Below are positions 17,811 to 24,000 of a stretch of 24,000 nt of DNA, in pieces. This DNA comes from Acidimicrobiaceae bacterium (GTDB taxonomy: Bacteria; Actinomycetota; Acidimicrobiia; Acidimicrobiales; Poriferisodalaceae). Under the pieces are notes generated by a model that had not been told where the DNA came from, searched no databases, and saw only the letters and a program-made list of their open reading frames with translations. Position 1 is the first letter of the stretch. Each line of letters begins with the position of its first letter. Made by a program: the position numbers and the translations under genes. Location: contig CAJJCB010000010.1 in assembly GCA_905182565.1 (NCBI GenBank), positions 20,074-44,073 of the forward strand, given 5' to 3'.

Positions 17811-17963
17811 CTTGCACGATGCAGGCCATGAGGTCCAGTAGCTAATAACTAAACTTACTTTACAGGTATCTAAATTTTAGTCCGTTAGTTATGGAACTAT
17901 CTGAACTGGGATTAGTTGTGAGCTGCTAGAGATAGAAGCATTTGGCGCTAAACCACTTATAGA

Positions 17964-17993
17964 CAAAAAAGAGCGATTCCGCATCGTGCTCTG
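17964..17993 (-). terminator. Probable intrinsic terminator of the MFS gene
   Basis: On the minus strand the sequence reads AGAG-CA-CGAT-gcgga-ATCG-CTCT followed by TTTTTTG. It lies 17-45 nt downstream of the MFS stop. The stem is interrupted by a 2-nt bulge. Confidence 0.45.
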
Positions 17994-18009
17994 AGATTTG
18001 TTTTAATGT

Positions 18010-19467
18010 TTAAGAATTGGTTTTACCTATGAAGCAGATAGCTAATGCCGCAATTGGGCCGGTTCCGGCTGTTATCAACCATGCGTTGCGAAATGATTCT
18101 AAATCAGAACCCTGCCCAACGACGGTGATTAGAACCGCAACACCAATGGTAGCTCCGATTTGTCTGCCCACTTGGTTCAAGGAGCCACCAACTGAGAACT
18201 CAGATGGTGGTACTTGACTTACCGCTGCTGCGCTCACGATTGGGAAAGTTGTTACAATTCCGATTCCAATCAGAATTGATGCGGGAAACCAAAGACCCCA
18301 ATAATTTGGGCTTTCGGTAACGAAAAGAGCGTACATCAGAACCCCTGCTCCCCAGAAGAAGGAACCGGGCACAGCAATAATACGTACACCATATCGCGCC
18401 CCCAGTTTCCCAACCCATGGAGCAGTTAACGCCACAAAAATTGGAACCGGAGCCGATGCTAACCCTGCGGTCCGAATGGAGTAGCCCCAACCTTGAGTAA
18501 GCCATAAAACGTTGATGATTAGTGATGCTGAGAGGCCAGCAGCTTGAATAGTGGTAGCTAAGTTAGCCATCGATAAGGAACGTATGCGAAAAAGGTGGAT
18601 AGGCAGTGCTGGAGCTTTATGGCGACGACCTTTAATCAAAGTGATCATCAGGAAAATCAAAGAGATGCAGGCAGCACTGAGAACTCCCTTAGATGACCAG
18701 CCCCACGGCCCGACTTGGACAATCGAAAATGCTAAGAGCGCCATTGACGTCGCAAGAAGAATGGCCCCAACAATATCCGGAAATGGAGCGTTCGCATCTG
18801 CTGGTGTTTCAGGAAGAGTATTTTTGCCGGCTAGATAGCTTAGAAGACAGAAGGGAGGCAACACGACAAATGCCCAACGCCAGCCATGAGAGTTGACAAT
18901 CAAAGCTCCCAAAACTGGTCCTGTAGCAACTCCGAGAGCTGTAAGTGAACCCCACTTAGCAACTACAGCCATCCTCTCTGAGGGAGGAGTTCCTGCGAGC
19001 AAAAGACCCAACGATGCTGGAGTGAGCAGAGCGCCCCCAACTCCTTGAGCAACACGCGCAGCGACAAGTATTGGAAAAGTCGGTGCTGCTCCAACAAGGA
19101 GAGATGAGACAGCAAACAAGCTTAGACCTGCGGTAAACATATGACGTCTGCCGAACCGATCAGCTAATCGTCCAGCAGGGATTAGCAGAGCAGCGAACGA
19201 AATCGTATACGCGTTAAGTACCCACGTAAGCGTGCCTCTGTCTGTATCAGGGAAAGTCTGCTCTAAGTCTGGAAAAGCCACATTCATTGTCGATACGTTG
19301 GCGGTCACAAGGAAAGCCCCTAACGCCGTCGATAAGAAAACAAGTCGGGTGCGTCGCAGGTCGTTGGCTTCGGCGCAAGAGCTCGACCCATTACTGGGAT
19401 CGAGGGGCCTAACGTTGAAGACAAAAGACTTGGCAGCGTCACGAATGTTGGTGTCTCTATCTGCCAC
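18010..19467 (-). CDS. MFS transporter, DHA2 (EmrB/QacA-like, 14-TMS) drug/metabolite:H+ antiporter family
   Basis: The motif-A-like loop is LIPAGRLADRFGRRHMF. The N-terminal TM1 ends in VSTMNVAFPDL. About 14 hydrophobic segments occur over 485 aa. The start is a GTG and is uncertain. Confidence 0.85.
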   Translation of the reverse strand: MADRDTNIRDAAKSFVFNVRPLDPSNGSSSCAEANDLRRTRLVFLSTALGAFLVTANVSTMNVAFPDLEQTFPDTDRGTLTWVLNAYTISFAALLIPAGRLADRFGRRHMFTAGLSLFAVSSLLVGAAPTFPILVAARVAQGVGGALLTPASLGLLLAGTPPSERMAVVAKWGSLTALGVATGPVLGALIVNSHGWRWAFVVLPPFCLLSYLAGKNTLPETPADANAPFPDIVGAILLATSMALLAFSIVQVGPWGWSSKGVLSAACISLIFLMITLIKGRRHKAPALPIHLFRIRSLSMANLATTIQAAGLSASLIINVLWLTQGWGYSIRTAGLASAPVPIFVALTAPWVGKLGARYGVRIIAVPGSFFWGAGVLMYALFVTESPNYWGLWFPASILIGIGIVTTFPIVSAAAVSQVPPSEFSVGGSLNQVGRQIGATIGVAVLITVVGQGSDLESFRNAWLITAGTGPIAALAICFIGKTNS

Positions 19468-19829
19468 TGCGACGTGTCTTCTGGACTAGCAAGGATGTCC
19501 TTTGCGGTTCTACCCAAAGTAGAAATGCATCTGAGCGTATCCGGAGACGGTAACACCATAAAAGTTTGAGTGTGCAGAAGCTACGCCCTAATGATTTTCG
19601 TTAACCATGTTCAACAAAGTTTGCAATTGCACAAATCTCTAGAACCGAACTCCGCAGCGCTTAGCCAGGGATCAAAAAGTGAACTTCGTTTAACCGGTGA
19701 CTCCTTGAGAACCATCACAAGAGCTTTGATTTCCCTTGGCTAGGCGAAGCAGCACTAACAGACCGGCCGCAATACGGCTATCCTGAAGCTTGGTCTCTGT
19801 TGCTCGCCGCTTCGGAGACCATTTTAGAC

Positions 19830-19870
19830 GAACCCTTGTTGCTTCACGGCAACAAGGGTTCTTTCTATTT
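19830..19870 (+). terminator. Strong orphan plus-strand intrinsic terminator (or attenuator) with no annotated plus-strand gene upstream
   Basis: Perfect 13-bp stem GAACCCTTGTTGC / GCAACAAGGGTTC (19830-19861) with the 6-nt loop TTCACG, followed directly by TTTCTATTT. On the opposite strand the trailing sequence is not T-rich, so the orientation is plus. Confidence 0.7.
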
Positions 19871-19975
19871 GGAAGGAAAGCGAATTTGAGTCCGAAATCC
19901 CTGAGTTTTACATAAGCGGATAGACAAAAGTCGATTTTATGTCTCGACGCAATCAAACTTTGTTAAATTTTTTAG

Positions 19976-21079
19976 ATGGAACTTGGATTTGGGCCGAGAG
20001 TGCGTTTATCTCCCTTCTTGGGTCGCGCTATTTCTTCTGGCATAGAAGTCGCGTCGGTATACAACCACATGGTTATGCCTGTCGCCACATCAGACCCAGA
20101 AGCAGATTATGAAGCGCTCACTGAACGAGTAGCAATTTGGGACGTCGGCTGCCAACGCCAAGTCCAGGTTCAAGGACCTGATGCAATCGAGTTTTGTTGC
20201 TATCTAAGTGCCAGGAACCTCAGCGATTTAGAAATAGGGACGGCAAAGTACGCGCCGCTATGCGATTATCAGGGTTATCTGATAAACGACCCTATTGCGT
20301 TGAGAGTTGCTCCAGATACCGTTTGGCTTTCGATCGCAGACTCAGACATCGGGCTTTGGGTTCGTGCTATCGCTGGTGAAAACGGAGCGAATGTGAATGT
20401 GTCGGAACCAGATGTATCACCATTAGCGATCCAAGGTCCCAAGGCCGAAGACACTGTGGCTGATGCATTGGGAACCTGGGTTCGAGACTTGAAGCTGTTT
20501 CAGTTCAAACGGACTATCTCTGAAGGTATCCCTCTAGTCGTATGTCGGTCCGGGTGGAGCAAACAGGGAGGATTTGAACTATTCCTAGAAGATGGCTCCA
20601 AAGGAAACGATTTATGGGATCTTCTCTGGGAATCTGGAGAGGGATATGGCATTCGAGTCGGTGCCCCGAACAACAGGGAACGTATCGAAAATTTTCTCTT
20701 GTCTCACCGTTCTGACACAGGTAACTATCTTGATCCATTCGAAAGTGGGATCGGACAATTTGTTGATCTTGACTCCCCGCACGAATTCATTGGGAAAAGT
20801 GCGTTAATTGCTAAAAGTGGATTACCAAAATTACGGGAACTCAAAGGCCTATACATCGATGGTGATCAAATGGGGCCAAATCATCAGCCATTAAGAATTG
20901 AAACACTTGAGGGCGATTTCGCCGGGCAAATCAGAGTCCTCAATTATTCCCCCAAGTTTCGCCAAAATATTGGGTTAGCTATTATTGAGTCTCCTCACAA
21001 TATTTCCGGAGTTTCCCTAAAGTTCCAGAGCGAAAATGGCTTAAGAAACGCAACGGTTTCAGATCTACCATTCATCTGA
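19976..21079 (+). CDS. GcvT-family aminomethyltransferase (tetrahydrofolate-dependent), DmdA-like (DMSP demethylase-like) subfamily
   Basis: Blocks I associate with DmdA rather than canonical GcvT are SVYNHMVMP, AIWDVGCQRQVQVQGPDA, INDPIALRVAPDTVWLSIADSDIGLWV, VSPLAIQGPKAED, CRSGWSKQGGFELF, GAPNNRERIENFLLS and QNIGLAI. Length is 367 aa. There is no SD, and TAAATT lies 6 nt upstream of the ATG, so the mRNA may be leaderless. Confidence 0.85.
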   Translation: MELGFGPRVRLSPFLGRAISSGIEVASVYNHMVMPVATSDPEADYEALTERVAIWDVGCQRQVQVQGPDAIEFCCYLSARNLSDLEIGTAKYAPLCDYQGYLINDPIALRVAPDTVWLSIADSDIGLWVRAIAGENGANVNVSEPDVSPLAIQGPKAEDTVADALGTWVRDLKLFQFKRTISEGIPLVVCRSGWSKQGGFELFLEDGSKGNDLWDLLWESGEGYGIRVGAPNNRERIENFLLSHRSDTGNYLDPFESGIGQFVDLDSPHEFIGKSALIAKSGLPKLRELKGLYIDGDQMGPNHQPLRIETLEGDFAGQIRVLNYSPKFRQNIGLAIIESPHNISGVSLKFQSENGLRNATVSDLPFI

Positions 21080-21187
21080 GTACGACCACTTTCAGTATGA
21101 CAATCATAGGGTGCTCATAACATGCGTGATTAGCCGAATCAGGTTCACATACGACAAACGAGTTAACTAATTTTGTAATTTATTTTG

Positions 21188-21235
21188 TCTTTGCGAACGC
21201 AAAGAAGGGGCGGAGCCGAAGCCCCGCCCCCTCTT
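21188..21235. terminator. Dual-hairpin bidirectional terminator between the convergent aminomethyltransferase and opuAC genes
   Basis: Hairpin 1 is TCTTTGCG-AA-CGCAAAGA (21188-21205). Hairpin 2 is GGGGCGG-A-GC-cgaa-GC-C-CCGCCCC (21207-21230) with flanking AGA/TCT extension. T-rich sequence follows on the minus-strand reading (CTTCTTTG...). Confidence 0.6.
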
Positions 21236-21279
21236 AATTACGTATCAAAGATAACAATTTCTACATTGGATGTTAGCTA

Positions 21280-22440
21280 TCAAGCGCCTCGTGCAGTTGA
21301 AAGCCAGCCATCAACAGTAGCCCTATTAGCAGCAATCCACTCAGCAGCAATATCTTTAGGATCTGCACCGTCGCCTTGGGCAACGTTAGCTACTGATACA
21401 TCCATAACCGAAAGCTTGATTTGCTTCAGCAGCTCTTCAGCAGATGGGTTAGCAGCAAGGAAATCGTTGTTTGCCGCAGCTTGAATGTCCGCAGCAGCCC
21501 ATCCGATCATGCACTGACCATCAGCATTTTGAGCAGGACACATATCTGCACCAATTGCGGCGACACCTGGTCGCTGATCCCATTCTGCGCCACCCTCTTC
21601 ACCAGTTGGATTGGAATCATCAAGGATGTATTCCATTCCAAGCCAGTAGGCGTTGTCACCTGGGCGAATCTGAGTGATGTATGCAGATGGGGTCCAAGTG
21701 TAAGCAATGACTGGTAGACCTTCTTTTACCATGTCTACAGCTTGCGCCCACATTGGGTCATAACCCGCTTTTACCTGTACTAGCTTTTCGTAGCCAGCAC
21801 CTGCGAATTGTGCGTTGATGATGTTATCGCATGTCCAGTCCTCTGGGCAGCCCATGATGTCTACCAACCCATTGTTTGGGTTGGCGTCAGTAGCGTCGTA
21901 CGCTGCTATTGCATCGGCATTACCTTCGAGGTCTTCGAACGTTTTGATCCCGTATTCGTCGGCGAATGTCTTTTCTATTAGGTAGCCCTGAAGCCCACCT
22001 GACATCATTTCTTCACCAACTACGGTTACAGCTTCTCCAACAAGGGAGCCGTCTGTGCGTTCTGCTTCAAGCCAACTTTGGTGCCCTGGCATCCACGTAT
22101 TTGCCCAGAAGTCCATTTGGCCTTCAGCCATTGCCATAAAGGCTTGCTGAGGTCCAAGTTCCATGTCACCAGACTCGGAAACTTCGTATCCGAGCTCTTC
22201 CATTAGAGCGGTATAGATTTCCGCCTGAACGTATCCGGTACTCCAGCTAGCGCGACCAACGGTAACGCTGATGCCTTCTCCTGGAGTCATGGTTGCTTCA
22301 CTCGAAGTTGCTTCAGTCGTATCCGAGCTATCGCTAGCACTGGAGTCGTCATCACTTCCACAAGCGCTTAGCAGCAAGAGTGCACTAACGGCAATACCGC
22401 AAGCGCGAAGAATTAGTTTCTTTTCTGATTTTTTATTCAT
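21280..22440 (-). CDS. opuAC: Glycine betaine/proline betaine-type ABC transporter substrate-binding lipoprotein (OpuAC/ProX family)
   Basis: The signal peptide carries the lipobox LLSAC, followed by a Ser/Asp/Thr-rich tether (CGSDDDSSASDSSDTTEATSSE). An aromatic-box region is present (DFWANTWMPGHQSW). GGAGG lies about 9 nt upstream of the ATG. Confidence 0.9.
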   Translation of the reverse strand: MNKKSEKKLILRACGIAVSALLLLSACGSDDDSSASDSSDTTEATSSEATMTPGEGISVTVGRASWSTGYVQAEIYTALMEELGYEVSESGDMELGPQQAFMAMAEGQMDFWANTWMPGHQSWLEAERTDGSLVGEAVTVVGEEMMSGGLQGYLIEKTFADEYGIKTFEDLEGNADAIAAYDATDANPNNGLVDIMGCPEDWTCDNIINAQFAGAGYEKLVQVKAGYDPMWAQAVDMVKEGLPVIAYTWTPSAYITQIRPGDNAYWLGMEYILDDSNPTGEEGGAEWDQRPGVAAIGADMCPAQNADGQCMIGWAAADIQAAANNDFLAANPSAEELLKQIKLSVMDVSVANVAQGDGADPKDIAAEWIAANRATVDGWLSTARGA

Positions 22441-22548
22441 AAATCGGGCCCTCCTCAGAGTCCCTTTCGCTGGCAGAGGCCTTAGTGGCTATTCAACAGC
22501 ACTAACGACCTTAGCCGAATGAGAGCGCATGGCAAGCGTATAGCGAAA

Positions 22549-24000
22549 TTATACTTTTTCGTAGACTTCTTTACGCGTGAATTCAGCGAGCGTTTGACGC
22601 ACCGAAGAGGCAATCGAAACGCCCCCTAATAGTACGAATAGGGACCCGACACCAGAAACGAGATTTGGGTCTGCGACTCGGGTGATGCTTGCAATCCAAC
22701 CAACAGCAAGTGCAAATAATCCTAAACCCAGACCACCAACGATGGTACACCAACGATATAGGTAATCTTCTTCTCGAGAGAAGAGGCCGGAGGCAGGCAA
22801 CGCACATGCGAGGGCTATGAGCCCAAGGATAAGAGCAATCCAGCCGAGCCCTGCTCCTTGACGAGTGAAGCCATCGAAGATCACGTCGCCAGTTCGTTGT
22901 GCTTGAGAGATCATTGCCGTGTATTCAGCAGCTAGACTTCCTGCTTTTCCTAGATCTCCAGCGGCTTCTGCCTGCCTACTGAGCAACTCTACGGCATCTA
23001 ATCGTGCCTGTAGATCCGGCCCGATTACCGATTCTGCTCTGGTGTCGAACGTCCATCCTGAATAGCCGCCCATGACTATGAAAAGTAAACCAAAGGTTAG
23101 CGAAATAAGACGTCCAGAACGAACTCCCGAAGGCAGCGGACGTGTAGCCCCCATGGGAGCTTGCCATAGCCATAAGATGCTGCCCAGCGCCATCAAAAAC
23201 GCGCTTACGACAGCAATATATGCACCTAAGCCCCTCGTGAGTATTGTGACGGCGTCGGGCTGGTTCGTCAGGAGATTAGTAACGGCTAGTACTAGAGCGG
23301 TAAGACTAGCTAAAACAGCTCCGTCCGGACCTAGCCATCTATTCCCCCGTCCTGGGTATCTGATGGTTGAATAAACGCTACTTGCGCCCACAACAGCGCA
23401 GACAATAAGAAGAATCCCGGTCCACGATCCCCCCGATGCCTCAATTCCGTTAAAGCTTTGGCCGAGTAAGTTAGTGTCAGCGCTGCGAGCATATGCCGAT
23501 ACAAGACCCGAGTTTTTTGTCCATGGCAACAGCAGAGCGAACAGGATTCCTATGATCCCAATTGTGGTCAGCATGATTGCTTTGCGCTCTTTGATTTCTA
23601 ATGGAGCGTAGACAGGGGTTGTGTCATCAGGAGAGGAGAAGTCCTCAGAGGCTCTCGCAGGTATTAACAACTCAGGAGTTTTCGTGTTTTGCCACGCTGC
23701 AATAATTCGGGGAGCGAGTCCTTTATTTTTTGTGCCATTGGGTTGAGTGAGTCGGTCCAGAACTACTGCGACTATAAAGAAAGCGAGACCACCTGAGCCC
23801 GCTAGTGCAATATCTTGATTAGCTATAGCTCGGTATAGAAGTCTGCCTAATCCTCCAGCACCCATAATGGCAGCGATTCCAAGCATCGAGATAGCTAGCA
23901 ATAGTGTCTGGTTGATACCGGTTAAAATAGCTGCTCTCGCTAGTGGAAGCTGGACGTCTGTTAGGACCCGTCTCTCAGACGCTCCGTATGCTCTCGAGGC
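22549..24000 (-). CDS. opuAB: OpuAB/ProW-type ABC permease (5' end outside the window) fused in frame to a roughly 395-aa, 8-TM C-terminal extension
   Basis: The minus-strand frame is open from base 24000. It reads ASRAYGASERRVLTDVQLPLARAAILTGINQTLLLAISMLGIAAIMGAGGLGRLLYRAIANQDIALAGSGGLAFFIVAVVLDRLTQ, which is the canonical C-terminal end of ProW/OpuAB. It then continues without a stop through 8 more hydrophobic helices to 22549. The 'M' at 23901 in the ORF track is an internal TTG, not the start. Confidence 0.85.
   Translation of the reverse strand, partial: ASRAYGASERRVLTDVQLPLARAAILTGINQTLLLAISMLGIAAIMGAGGLGRLLYRAIANQDIALAGSGGLAFFIVAVVLDRLTQPNGTKNKGLAPRIIAAWQNTKTPELLIPARASEDFSSPDDTTPVYAPLEIKERKAIMLTTIGIIGILFALLLPWTKNSGLVSAYARSADTNLLGQSFNGIEASGGSWTGILLIVCAVVGASSVYSTIRYPGRGNRWLGPDGAVLASLTALVLAVTNLLTNQPDAVTILTRGLGAYIAVVSAFLMALGSILWLWQAPMGATRPLPSGVRSGRLISLTFGLLFIVMGGYSGWTFDTRAESVIGPDLQARLDAVELLSRQAEAAGDLGKAGSLAAEYTAMISQAQRTGDVIFDGFTRQGAGLGWIALILGLIALACALPASGLFSREEDYLYRWCTIVGGLGLGLFALAVGWIASITRVADPNLVSGVGSLFVLLGGVSIASSVRQTLAEFTRKEVYEKV

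Noticed and set aside
19591-19743. 50-aa plus-strand ORF (MIFVNHVQQSLQLHKSLEPNSAALSQGSKSELRLTGDSLRTITRALISLG), considered as the gene served by the orphan terminator or as a remnant of an IclR-like regulator N-terminus
   Set aside because: It has no SD and ends about 87 nt before the hairpin. Its resemblance to an HTH N-terminus is vague, and the downstream frames do not continue any regulator-like sequence. I cannot support it as a gene or a pseudogene.
19630-19830. Glycine riboswitch upstream of a GcvT-family gene (the classical arrangement)
   Set aside because: I found only partial look-alikes. ACCGAACTCCGCA stands against the consensus ACCGAAGGGGCAA. CCAGGGATCAAAAAGTGAAC stands against CTCAGGCAAAAGGAC. 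CGCCGCTTCGGAGACC stands against CGCCGAAGGAGCAA. The conserved G-rich cores are not present, so I do not call a glycine riboswitch; an Infernal scan should decide.
19690-19956. 88-aa minus-strand ORF in the MFS/DmdA-like intergenic region
   Set aside because: The translation is very basic and irregular (…RKNPCCREATRVRLKWSPKRRATETK…). It runs straight through the 13-bp terminator hairpin and has no SD or recognisable motifs. It is most likely a chance ORF in a structured non-coding region.
21185-21717. Plus-strand ORFs 21185..21484, 21421..21717 and 21471..21677
   Set aside because: The first begins inside the dual terminator hairpins. All are antisense to the clear OpuAC substrate-binding protein gene, so they are shadow ORFs.

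Overview
This window is a gene-dense, moderate-GC stretch of bacterial chromosome with about 24 protein-coding genes on both strands. I found no rRNA or tRNA genes, CRISPR arrays, transposases or integrases. The host looks like a monoderm, possibly an aquatic Actinobacteriota-type organism. That is an inference from three things: substrate-binding and other exported proteins made as lipoproteins with Ser/Asp/Thr-rich tethers, a heliorhodopsin, and the overall gene content. The standout gene is a clear heliorhodopsin (7652..8410, +) that keeps the Schiff-base lysine, the counterion glutamate and both signature histidines. It appears essentially monocistronic. A 42-bp hexanucleotide microsatellite sits upstream of it inside a small signal-peptide-like ORF, and a three-gene operon of small membrane proteins converges on it. 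Other content, left to right: a seven-repeat FG-GAP lipoprotein, an alpha/beta hydrolase, an EamA transporter, an MDR-family oxidoreductase, two divergent PhyH-family Fe(II)/2-oxoglutarate dioxygenases, a DUF4864-like lipoprotein, an aldehyde dehydrogenase, a GNAT acetyltransferase and an SRPBCC protein. These are followed by a tandem-fused (double) family III CoA-transferase, a 14-TMS-type MFS exporter, a DmdA-like GcvT-family aminomethyltransferase, and the distal part of an OpuA/ProU-type betaine ABC importer. The importer's ProW-like permease carries a roughly 395-aa, 8-TM C-terminal extension. The 508-bp gap upstream of the DmdA-like gene contains a very strong orphan plus-strand terminator hairpin, which suggests an unannotated leader, riboswitch or sRNA. 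All family calls rest on motif recognition from the translated ORFs; no database search was possible.
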